Assembly (NCBI GenBank): GCA_023249635.1
Contig: JAHFCH010000002.1
Coordinates: 46,179-110,178 of the forward strand
Direction of reading: 5' to 3'
Length of the DNA: 64,000 nucleotides
DNA from: Fibrobacterota bacterium
GTDB taxonomy: Bacteria; Fibrobacterota; Fibrobacteria; UBA11236
Below are positions 1-8,369 of the stretch, one piece after another. The translations under genes and the position numbers were made by a program. Under the pieces are notes generated by a model. It had not been told where the DNA came from and searched no databases. It saw only the letters and a program-made list of their open reading frames with translations. Positions within the stretch are counted from its first letter, which is position 1, and the number at the start of each line of letters is the position of its first letter.

Positions 1-9
1 GATCCCGAT

Positions 10-876
10 TCAGCCCTTGCGGGCCAGCTTGTCCAAGATCAGCGAATGCACCATGCGGTTGGAGGCCACGATCCCGTTCTTGAGTACGGGATCGGGATTG
101 CGGTAGTCCAGGCGTTTGCCCTGCAAATCGGTCAGCCATCCCCCCGCCTCTTCCAGGATCAATTGCGGCGCCGCCATATCCCATAGGCACATGGGATTCT
201 GGGGCGGCGATACGAAGGCGGTATAGGCGCCCCGCGACACCTCGTTGATCTTGAGCGAACCATTCATGCGGTGGAAGGGCGGATTGCCCAGGTTGCGCAA
301 CAGATCGGTAAGCCCGGGGGATTGCCGCCCATGGGAAGTGATGAGGTTGAGTTTGATTTCGGCGTTCACGCGCGCTTCCATCACCTGCCCCAGATCGGGC
401 TCGTTGGCGACAAAGGCGCGATATGCCCCATCCCCTTTGGCCGCGAAATAAATCTCGCCCAGCTCGGGTTTGTAGGTCATGCCCGCCACCGGCTCTCCGC
501 GGATGGCCAGCGCCAGAATCACGCCGTAATGCTGACCCTTGCGGATGTAGCTGGAGGTGGAATCGAGGGGATCGAGGATCCAGCAACGCTCGGCCTCGTG
601 CCACGGGGCGGCCGCGGGATTGAGATGGTAGGTCTCTTCATTCAGGATGGCGTCCCCCGGGAACGCGAGGTTGATCTCGCCGTCCAGGTAGGCCGCGCAC
701 TGGTGATCGATTTGCGTGACGATGGAATTGTCGGCCTTGTAGGAGACTTCGGTTCCGGTCTCGCGGCCGGTGAGCAGGATTTTGCCCGCCTCCTGGATCA
801 CCCGATACATGAACTCGAGTTCCTGCGCATGCCGCAACGCGGCGAAGACGTGCTGCATGTGGGCTAAAGATAGCAA
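10..876 (-). CDS. Inositol monophosphatase / CysQ-family 3'(2'),5'-bisphosphate nucleotidase
   Basis: Motifs KADNSIVT..D, NEE, WILDPLDSTSSY, WDMAAPQLILEEAGG. True start may be ATG at 858. Confidence 0.88.
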   Translation of the reverse strand: MLSLAHMQHVFAALRHAQELEFMYRVIQEAGKILLTGRETGTEVSYKADNSIVTQIDHQCAAYLDGEINLAFPGDAILNEETYHLNPAAAPWHEAERCWILDPLDSTSSYIRKGQHYGVILALAIRGEPVAGMTYKPELGEIYFAAKGDGAYRAFVANEPDLGQVMEARVNAEIKLNLITSHGRQSPGLTDLLRNLGNPPFHRMNGSLKINEVSRGAYTAFVSPPQNPMCLWDMAAPQLILEEAGGWLTDLQGKRLDYRNPDPVLKNGIVASNRMVHSLILDKLARKG

Positions 877-931
877 GGATGGGGCCCCGGACCCGGAGCC
901 ATCGCAGGCGGGGAAATCGCGGGTTGGGAAA

Positions 932-1957
932 TCAGGGGCTGGGAAGGACGGGCACCATGGCCGGCCGGATACGCAGGCGGCCCAGGAAATCGAATCGGGT
1001 CTTCGCGGGCCGCGTCGACATGGTCGCGGCGGCAGGCGCCGCGATGGCCGTGGACGGCGAAAGGTAGCCGCGTTCCGTCATCCACGTGGCGCAGATGCCG
1101 GGCCAAGTCGCGATTTCGGGCAGATCCGGGGCCCCGGCGACGCCGTTCGCCAAACCGAATCCGTGCGGCCCATGGCTATAGAATTTGGTCTGCGCAGCCA
1201 CGCCGTGACTGGCGAGGGAATCGCGGTAGATGAGCGAGTTGTCCACGAGTACCCCGGGGTCATCGCTGGCATGGACCAAAAACGCGGCCGGGGTCTTGGC
1301 CGTGACCTGCTTTTCGTTCGAGAGATAGAAGAGATCTTCGGGGATAGGGCTCGTCCCCAGCAGGTTGGCGCGCGAGCCGCCGTGGGCATAGGGACCTTCC
1401 ATGGTAATGACGGGATAACCGAGCACCTGGAAATAGGGTTTGCATCCCTGGCGATCGATGGTATCCGGCGCGGCCGCGTCCCCGTCGTCATAATGGGTGG
1501 CGACCGTAGAGGCGAGATGGCCGCCCGCGGAAAAACCTACGATGCCGATGCGGGCCGGATCGATCTTGAAACGCTTGGCGTTGGCCTTCACGTAGCGCAT
1601 GGCGCGCTTGGCGTCGTTCATCTCGATGGGATGGCGATAAGGCGAAACGCGGTACTTGAGCACGAAAGCCGCCACGCCCAAAGTGTTCAGCCACTTGGCC
1701 ACCTGGTAGCCTTCCTTATCGATGGCGAGATGATCATAACCGCCGCCCGGGCAGATGATCACGGAAGTGCCCATCGCCTTTTTCTCGTCGGCGGGGAAAA
1801 TCGTCAGGGATGGCTTGGATTCGGCGGTGGTGTCCTTGGCGCCGGGCGCGCCTTTGGGCCATAAAAGTTCCACGGCTTCGGAGGCGCGCGGGGTTTCCGT
1901 TTCCAGCGCGACGGCGCAAAGCAAGGCGACCAGGATGGCCTGCGGAAATGCTTTCAC
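932..1957 (-). CDS. Secreted alpha/beta hydrolase, BD-FAE-like carbohydrate esterase (paralog 1)
   Basis: Signal peptide from GTG at 1957 (RBS GAGAGGG). CPGGGY, GFSAGGH nucleophile, DDP acid, GPHGFG His, plus a short C-terminal tail. Confidence 0.85.
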   Translation of the reverse strand: MKAFPQAILVALLCAVALETETPRASEAVELLWPKGAPGAKDTTAESKPSLTIFPADEKKAMGTSVIICPGGGYDHLAIDKEGYQVAKWLNTLGVAAFVLKYRVSPYRHPIEMNDAKRAMRYVKANAKRFKIDPARIGIVGFSAGGHLASTVATHYDDGDAAAPDTIDRQGCKPYFQVLGYPVITMEGPYAHGGSRANLLGTSPIPEDLFYLSNEKQVTAKTPAAFLVHASDDPGVLVDNSLIYRDSLASHGVAAQTKFYSHGPHGFGLANGVAGAPDLPEIATWPGICATWMTERGYLSPSTAIAAPAAATMSTRPAKTRFDFLGRLRIRPAMVPVLPSP

Positions 1958-2098
1958 TTGTGGGTCCCTCTCCGGCCTAAAGATATACCGGAAGGCTTGC
2001 GCGCGTGAGGCGGTTCTTGCCCTGAAAACGGGGTAGGCCGGGTTTTTGAGGAAGGCTTTACCGCGCGCCAAGCCGCGGGGACCATGCCCCGCCAGCGG

Positions 2099-3154
2099 TC
2101 AGGGTTCGCCGCGGGGACGGGGCAAGCGTCCCATCGCGTCGGAGAATCGGGTTCCCCGCGATCCGGGCCGGATGTAAAGCATTCCATGGCCCGAGTGGCC
2201 CGCGATGGCAGGGGAGCCCGCCGACGCCGCGACGGCGTTTAGCGAAACCGTCTGCTTCAGAAAGCCTTGGGCGGCCAGCCATTTGGCGGCCAGTCCCGGC
2301 CAGGTGTTCAACACCGAATCGGTGGGCGCGCCGCCCTTGCCGTCCGCCATGCCGAAGCCATGCCCGCCATGATCGTAAATCTTGAATTCCGTCGCCACCC
2401 CGCGCCGGACCAGGGAATCGTGGTAGGCCTGGGAATTCTTGATGGGCACCGCGCCGTCGTCGGTGGCATGGAACAAGAAGGCCGGGGGTGTCTTGGAGGT
2501 TACCTGCTTCTCGTTGGAAAGCGAATCGACCAGCATCTGGCTGGGATTGGTGCCCAGCAGGTTGTCCCGCGATCCCATATGGGTAAAGGATTTATCCATG
2601 GTGATGACGGGATAACCCAGGATGGAAAAAGCGGGACGGCAGCCTTGACGATCGATGCTGTCCTTGGCGGCAGGGTTACCGTCGTCGTAATGCGTGGAGA
2701 CCGTGGCGGCCTCGTGCCCGCCGGCCGAGAATCCCAGCACGCCTACGCGCTTGGGATCGATGCCGTACTTGGCCGCGTTATGGCGCACCCAGCGGATGGC
2801 CCGCTGCCCGTCGCCCATCTCGATGGGATGGCGGTAGCCCGCCGATCCCAAGCGGTACTTTACCACGAAGGTGGAAATCCCCTGGGTGTTGAACCAAAGG
2901 GCCGGTTGCTTGCCTTCATGATCCATGGCGAGACCCGAATAACCGCCGCCGGGGAAGATCACCAGGGCCGCGCCGTTCACTTTGGACGGGGCAGGATAAG
3001 GCGTGATGGTGGGTTTATCCGTGGCGGCGGTCCCGGTCGCACCGGGCGCGCCATTGGGCCAGAGCAGGATCTCCTGCGCGAAGCCGGAATGCACGGATAT
3101 CATGATGGCGAAGATCGCCGGAACAGCCGCGGACGGCAAGCGGAAATTGGACAT
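2099..3154 (-). CDS. Secreted alpha/beta hydrolase, BD-FAE-like carbohydrate esterase (paralog 2)
   Basis: Signal peptide (SGFA-QE), FPGGGY, GFSAGGH, DDG, GGHGFG. Clearly alignable to 932..1957. Confidence 0.85.
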   Translation of the reverse strand: MSNFRLPSAAVPAIFAIMISVHSGFAQEILLWPNGAPGATGTAATDKPTITPYPAPSKVNGAALVIFPGGGYSGLAMDHEGKQPALWFNTQGISTFVVKYRLGSAGYRHPIEMGDGQRAIRWVRHNAAKYGIDPKRVGVLGFSAGGHEAATVSTHYDDGNPAAKDSIDRQGCRPAFSILGYPVITMDKSFTHMGSRDNLLGTNPSQMLVDSLSNEKQVTSKTPPAFLFHATDDGAVPIKNSQAYHDSLVRRGVATEFKIYDHGGHGFGMADGKGGAPTDSVLNTWPGLAAKWLAAQGFLKQTVSLNAVAASAGSPAIAGHSGHGMLYIRPGSRGTRFSDAMGRLPRPRGEP

Positions 3155-3347
3155 GTGACCCCCCACGAGCCAAATAATAAGCCGCCGACTTGGGATTGCG
3201 GACCGTTTCCTTAACGTTTACCCGAAAATCCGTGGTTTTTGGGGTTTTTGGTGTTCGGGGCCGGAACGACCGCGGGTTTTTACGCTGACAGCATCATATT
3301 TTTCACATCAGTCCTACTTTGGCGGGTCCGCGCCCCCAGGGAGGATA

Positions 3348-3854
3348 ATGATACGGGATCAGATGCAGTTCAAGAACAACAGCAGAGGCTTAACCCTCTT
3401 GGAGGTTTCGGTAGTCGTGGCCGTGGTCGGTATCCTGGCCATGCTCGGCGTAAATCCCATGAAAAATTACCTGCGCGGCATCGATTTCCGGAATTCCTGC
3501 GAGAACATCAAGCGCCTGATCCAGACCGGGCAATCCCGCGCCATGGCCAACCCGAACATCCACATAGGCATTTATTTCGATCGCGGCTCGACCCCGAACA
3601 AAGCCTTCTTGTTCCAGGACAAGAAGAATCCCACCGACTACAGCTACGACGGAGTTGCCGATCCGGGATACCTGCAGCCGGAAGTCCTCAAGAAGGGCAT
3701 TACCTTCCAACCCATACCCGGACAGCCCGATGAGATCATCTTCCGCGGCGACGGTTCGGCCTGGCAAAGCATGAGGATTTGCCTCACCGATGGTAACCGC
3801 AAAGACACCCTGGACGTATTGGCCAGCACCGGGCGCGTAAGGTTGGGACGTTGA
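3348..3854 (+). CDS. Type IV minor pilin/pseudopilin, FimT/GspH-like
   Basis: Class III signal G|LTLLEVSVVVAVVGIL; C-terminal IIFRGDGSA...VLASTGRVR typical of FimT/GspH; RBS GGAGGA. Confidence 0.85.
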   Translation: MIRDQMQFKNNSRGLTLLEVSVVVAVVGILAMLGVNPMKNYLRGIDFRNSCENIKRLIQTGQSRAMANPNIHIGIYFDRGSTPNKAFLFQDKKNPTDYSYDGVADPGYLQPEVLKKGITFQPIPGQPDEIIFRGDGSAWQSMRICLTDGNRKDTLDVLASTGRVRLGR

Positions 3855-4264
3855 AGGCGGCGCGCGGGGTTACGGGTAATCCGCAGACCGGACTCACCCT
3901 CATGGAGATCCTCATCGCCCTGGTGGTCATCGGCCTGGGGATAGGCGTCTTCCTCAAGATGGAAGGCAGTTCCGGGAACAGCATGACCGGCAACAGCAAG
4001 ATGATGCGCGCAGGACAGTTGGTCGAGAAGAACATCGAATCGGTGCGCATCGGCATCGCGCGGGATACCCTCCTGAACTGGCCCCCCAGGGATACGGGGT
4101 TCACCGAGGGCGGGCTCAAGCTTACGCGCAAGGTCTCGGCCGCGTTCTCCCCCAAGGACGGATCCGCCCTTCCCAACGTACGCAAGGTCGACATGATCGT
4201 CACCTGGGGCGCTTTTAAACTCGATTCCCTGGACGTTACCACCTATGTCACGCGCCGCTTCTGA
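3851..4264 (+). CDS. Type IV minor pilin, PilV/GspI-like
   Basis: G|LTLMEILIALVVI prepilin motif, short length, VDMIVTW strand; overlaps the upstream stop. Confidence 0.8.
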   Translation: MKAARGVTGNPQTGLTLMEILIALVVIGLGIGVFLKMEGSSGNSMTGNSKMMRAGQLVEKNIESVRIGIARDTLLNWPPRDTGFTEGGLKLTRKVSAAFSPKDGSALPNVRKVDMIVTWGAFKLDSLDVTTYVTRRF

Positions 4265-5039
4265 GAAAGGCTTCTCGCTGATCGAAGTGGTGGTGGCCCT
4301 GGCCGCCTCCGGGATCCTCACCGTGGGCCTGGTGCGTTTCTTCCGCGACTTCAACCGCTCCTACAACATGCAAGAGCAGGTAGGCGACAGGGACATGAAT
4401 GCGCATTATTCCGTGAAACGGATTTCGGAAGCCTTTATGGGAGTGGGTTCCAACCTGCCTTCCGAAGGTTGGACCATGATCTCGCTTCCCGAAGGCAATC
4501 CCGGCGCGCGCCTGCTGCTCTCGGTGAACCCGCGCGGCGGGGTGCAATACCTGGCCGCCCCCCTGGCCTCGGCCGTGGAAGTGCCCATCGACGATCCTAA
4601 AGCCTTCGCCAAGGCAACCGCCGTGCTGGCCGACCCGCAACCCGTTGGGATTCCCACCACCAAGGTCGCCATCGACCTGGGATACAACTCCGACGGATAC
4701 GTGAAAGGCGTCAAGGAAGGCCCCCCCGCCATGCTGCGCCTGGCCTCCCCTGTGACCCTGGAGATCGGCGACGCCCTATACGCGTACGATGAACAGGATT
4801 TCCGTCTGCAGGACGGCAATCTTCTCCTGGACGGCAACGTCTTGGCCGAGAATATCCAGGATTTGAAATTCACCATGCTGACGGCGAACCAGAGCGTGAC
4901 CAATCAATGGTCCGCCATGCGTTCCGCCAAGATCCAGGTCACGGCGCGCACGCGCACGGCCGATCCCGGTTATGTCCTGAACGGGGGTTACCGCAGCCTT
5001 GACCTGTCCATGGACGTGCTGTTGAGGAACCGCTTATGA
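4245..5039 (+). CDS. Type IV minor pilin, PilW/GspJ-like
   Basis: G|FSLIEVVVALAAS prepilin motif; VLAENIQDLKF and terminal VLLRN are PilW-like. Confidence 0.85.
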   Translation: MSRAASEKGFSLIEVVVALAASGILTVGLVRFFRDFNRSYNMQEQVGDRDMNAHYSVKRISEAFMGVGSNLPSEGWTMISLPEGNPGARLLLSVNPRGGVQYLAAPLASAVEVPIDDPKAFAKATAVLADPQPVGIPTTKVAIDLGYNSDGYVKGVKEGPPAMLRLASPVTLEIGDALYAYDEQDFRLQDGNLLLDGNVLAENIQDLKFTMLTANQSVTNQWSAMRSAKIQVTARTRTADPGYVLNGGYRSLDLSMDVLLRNRL

Positions 5040-6778
5040 ACGATTCCTCCGCCGCGCCCATCCCGGTCTCCGCTCCCGCCCCGCGTGAAGGCGGCTTCAT
5101 CCTGGTGTTCACCATCCTCATGCTGCTGGGCATTTCGGCCCTGGCGGTGGGCATGGTCTACAACGCCCATCATGGCCGCGTGGCCGCGCTCAACTACAAG
5201 AATCGCATCCGCGCCTTCTACGCCTCGGACGGCATGCGCGCCCTGTTGGCGCAAGAGGTTCTGGACGGCAATGCCAAACGCTACATCGACGTCTCGATGG
5301 CGGGGCAGATCGACGGCGAAGTGTGGGAAGGGGCCGGCGGCAGCATGGCTGCGCTCAAGGGCGCCATGTCCCACGGTCCCGATCACGTGGACAAATCGCC
5401 TTACCTGGGATCGAATTGGAAGAACAAGACCGACTACGGCGTACGCTGGCGCGGCTACGTGATCCCGCCCGCCACGGGTGCCTACACCTTTTTCGTCCGC
5501 GCCGATGATCAGGGCGAATTCTACCTCAGCACCGACGATATGCCGGCCAACCTTTCGGCTTCGCCCATCGCCTCGGTGGCCTCCTGGGCCTTCTCCTGGC
5601 CCAAATGGGGTTCCGGCGTATCCAAGCCGGTTTCCTTGAAGATCGGTAAGCGGTACTACTTCGAATTCCTGCATGCGCAGGGCATCGGCGGCGGGTTCGG
5701 GCAGGTGGGCTGGAGCGGCCCCAATTACATGACCGAGCGTCCCATCCCGGGCAAGCGCTTGGCCTCGTACGGTTCGAAGGCGGAGAAATGGGACACCACC
5801 AAGGTGGGCAAAGGCCGCGTTAAATACGCCCTGGCCGAAGCGGGACCCTTGGTCTATACCCTTAACACCGAAGCCATCATGGGCGGCAAAGGCGACACCA
5901 CTTTCCGATCGCCGCTGAACCAGACCCTGAGCATGCGCGGCGATAATCCCGCGCCGCCCGAGAGCCTGTGGCAGCGCGTCATCTTCTATGATTTCCATTC
6001 CAACGGGAGCAATCCCGAATTCGACAAGGGCGCCTGCTGCTTCTGGGATGGAACGGTGACCACCGATATGGTCAAGCGCAAGGGACTGCGATACGAGACA
6101 GCCAACGCGGCCTATTTCGGGCTCGATTCCATCGGCAAGCCTGAACGCGGAAGCAACATCCGCTACAATTGCGGCATCGACAAATGGTTCACGGGATGGA
6201 AGCCGGGCTGGGAAGTCTGGTACAACTACGCGGGCGGGTCGGCCGATTGCACGGAAACGCCCACCCCAGGCAGCGATAGCGCTTTCAAGAACGTGGTCAT
6301 CAAAGACTCCCTGCTTTTCGTGCGGCGCGACGATCTGGGCGCCAACGCCTACCAGTTCAAGCACTTCGGCGTGGCCGACGATCCCGCCTTCATGCCCCTG
6401 GACAACCGCGGGCTGGGTAACGAAGGCGTTACGGATCTGGGGGGCGTGCCGAGGAATTACTCCTTCTGCATGGAGATCCACACCAAGTTCGAGCACACTT
6501 CCGGCATGAACTTCGAGTTCAACGGCGACGACGACGTCTGGCTGTACATCAATGATTCGCTGGTGATGGACCTGGGCTTCGTGCACGTTTCCACCTACGC
6601 GACAGTGAGCCTGGACGACCTGCCGCTCACCTTCGGGGAAACCTATCCGCTGGATTTCTTCTATTGCGAACGTCAGCGCTTCGGATCAAGCATCGACCTG
6701 ATCACGAACCTGCCGGTGCTGCTCAAGGCCGGTAAGCCGTCATCGAGCTGGAAGCGCGATTACGGGAATACCGAATAG
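5036..6778 (+). CDS. PilX-like pilin fused to PA14 and fibro-slime domains
   Basis: G|FILVFTILMLL lacking Glu5 and AFYASDG (PilX N-term); DYGVRWRGYVIPPATGAYTFFVRADD (PA14); NYSFCMEIHTKF, FNGDDDVWLYIN, LVMDLG, LDFFYCER (fibro-slime). Confidence 0.85.
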   Translation: MNDSSAAPIPVSAPAPREGGFILVFTILMLLGISALAVGMVYNAHHGRVAALNYKNRIRAFYASDGMRALLAQEVLDGNAKRYIDVSMAGQIDGEVWEGAGGSMAALKGAMSHGPDHVDKSPYLGSNWKNKTDYGVRWRGYVIPPATGAYTFFVRADDQGEFYLSTDDMPANLSASPIASVASWAFSWPKWGSGVSKPVSLKIGKRYYFEFLHAQGIGGGFGQVGWSGPNYMTERPIPGKRLASYGSKAEKWDTTKVGKGRVKYALAEAGPLVYTLNTEAIMGGKGDTTFRSPLNQTLSMRGDNPAPPESLWQRVIFYDFHSNGSNPEFDKGACCFWDGTVTTDMVKRKGLRYETANAAYFGLDSIGKPERGSNIRYNCGIDKWFTGWKPGWEVWYNYAGGSADCTETPTPGSDSAFKNVVIKDSLLFVRRDDLGANAYQFKHFGVADDPAFMPLDNRGLGNEGVTDLGGVPRNYSFCMEIHTKFEHTSGMNFEFNGDDDVWLYINDSLVMDLGFVHVSTYATVSLDDLPLTFGETYPLDFFYCERQRFGSSIDLITNLPVLLKAGKPSSSWKRDYGNTE

Positions 6779-6815
6779 GCCGGATCGCTCCCGCGACCGG
6801 ACCTTTACCGAAAGC

Positions 6816-7781
6816 TCAGGGCGGGATGAAACCCTGTACGCGCAACCACTTCGCGCATTGCCCCGGCCAAGCCGCCAACTGCGCCTGACCGGGCTCACCG
6901 GACTTCTCCTGGGCCAAACCGAAGGCATGGCCCCCCTGATTGAATGCCAGAAACTCCACGCTTACCCCGGCTTTCCTGAGCGCGTCCGCGTAGGCGCGGC
7001 TGTTCGCGAAGGCGACGACGGGATCGCCTTCGGCATGCACCACAAAGGCCGCCGGCGCTCCCGGCCCGACGCGTTTTTCTGCCGAAAGTGATTCGGGCAA
7101 GGCTGGGGAAGGGTCGCGGCCCAACAGGTTGTTGCGGGAAGCGCGATGCGTGTAGGGCGCCGCCATGGAGATGACGGGATAAACCAGCATCTGGAGATCG
7201 GGAACGCCCGCAAAGCGATCGACGCTGTCCCCCGTATTCGGGCGCGGATCCGGCAACACCGACGCCAAGGCGGTGAGATGGCCGCCGGCGGAAAAACCGA
7301 GCATACCTACCCGGGCCGGATCGATGCGGAGGCGGCGGGCATGGGCGCGTACCCAACGCAAGGAGCGGCGCGCGTCCCCCAGTTCCACGGGATGGTGATA
7401 GCGGGGGCCCAGGCGATACCGGAGCACGAAGGCCGTGACCCCCAGCCCATTAAGCCAACGCGCGGGTTCGACGCCTTCCTTCTGCACCGCGAGGATTCCG
7501 TAGGCGCCGCCCGGGCATACGATGACGGCGGGCGCGATGGAATCGCCGGGACGCGGTTTGGCGGGGAAGCAAAGCAGGGAAGGGCGATCGGATTCCGCAC
7601 TGCCTACGGCGCCGGGAGCGCCCTGCGGCCATAGACGTTCAATGCGCGCGCCCGTGGCCGTATCGATTTCGACCCAGGGTGCGGAGGCGGTGCGATGGAC
7701 CAGGGGACCGGGCTTGCCGGCGGCGGATATCGCGCAGGCGCAGATCAGGACCGCGCCGACGCTCGCGAACGACCGGGGCAC
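6816..7781 (-). CDS. Secreted alpha/beta hydrolase, BD-FAE-like esterase (paralog 3)
   Basis: Signal peptide, CPGGAY, GFSAGGH, GDP, GGHAFG; ends without the C-terminal tail of paralogs 1 and 2. Confidence 0.85.
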   Translation of the reverse strand: MPRSFASVGAVLICACAISAAGKPGPLVHRTASAPWVEIDTATGARIERLWPQGAPGAVGSAESDRPSLLCFPAKPRPGDSIAPAVIVCPGGAYGILAVQKEGVEPARWLNGLGVTAFVLRYRLGPRYHHPVELGDARRSLRWVRAHARRLRIDPARVGMLGFSAGGHLTALASVLPDPRPNTGDSVDRFAGVPDLQMLVYPVISMAAPYTHRASRNNLLGRDPSPALPESLSAEKRVGPGAPAAFVVHAEGDPVVAFANSRAYADALRKAGVSVEFLAFNQGGHAFGLAQEKSGEPGQAQLAAWPGQCAKWLRVQGFIPP

Positions 7782-7792
7782 GATTACGCGGG

Positions 7793-8227
7793 CTAGTGCG
7801 AGAATTTCCAGGCCAGGAACAAAATGCCCCCGACCACGGCGACCAGGAGCAATACCTTCACGGCAACCGGAATGCCCGACTTGGTCTCTTCATTCAGCCA
7901 TTCGGGTGGGGCCTGCTGAGCGTCCCCGGACCGGCCTTCGCCGCCCGGGGCGGGTTCGCCTTCGGCGACGGCGCTGGGCGACGCGGGCGCATCGGATCCG
8001 CCGTAGCCCGCATGTTCATGGGCATAGGCCGAGGTGGCCGATCCGGCCGCGCGCATTTCCGCCAACAAGGCGGATTCTTCCAAGTCATCCATGCCGCGCT
8101 TTTGGCCTTCGGCCAGGATCAATTTCACCGCCACGTCGGGCCCGTTGGCGCGGCTCGCGGACAGCATCTGGCGCAGCTTCGCGTCGGAGACGTTGGCCAG
8201 CTTCGCTTCGAATTCGTTGAGTTTCAT
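7793..8227 (-). CDS. Hypothetical protein with C-terminal transmembrane helix
   Basis: Natural-looking ORF: helical N-terminus, low-complexity linker, hydrophobic C-terminal anchor. Confidence 0.7.
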   Translation of the reverse strand: MKLNEFEAKLANVSDAKLRQMLSASRANGPDVAVKLILAEGQKRGMDDLEESALLAEMRAAGSATSAYAHEHAGYGGSDAPASPSAVAEGEPAPGGEGRSGDAQQAPPEWLNEETKSGIPVAVKVLLLVAVVGGILFLAWKFSH

Positions 8228-8310
8228 CGGCGCCCTTTCACGAGGCCCGGCATGGACTTCCCTCCACGCCGCAAGCCTTCCGATCCCGAGGGGAACCGGT
8301 TACGCGCTAT

Positions 8311-8340
8311 AGTGTAGCAAACAAAGCAGGACGCTTGCAA
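8311..8340 (-). promoter_or_regulatory. Putative sigma70 promoter for 7793..8227
   Basis: Minus strand TTGCAA-N18-TACACT with extended -10 TG. Confidence 0.4.
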
Positions 8341-8369
8341 AGGGGGGATTTCGGGGGCGGGAAGCCCCC

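Noticed and set aside
1960-2075. Esterase leader with repeated GCGCGC..AAGCCTTCC and an RBS-covering hairpin as a c-di-GMP riboswitch
   Set aside because: No GNRA-capped P2 or receptor in the sense orientation; similarity is fragmentary.
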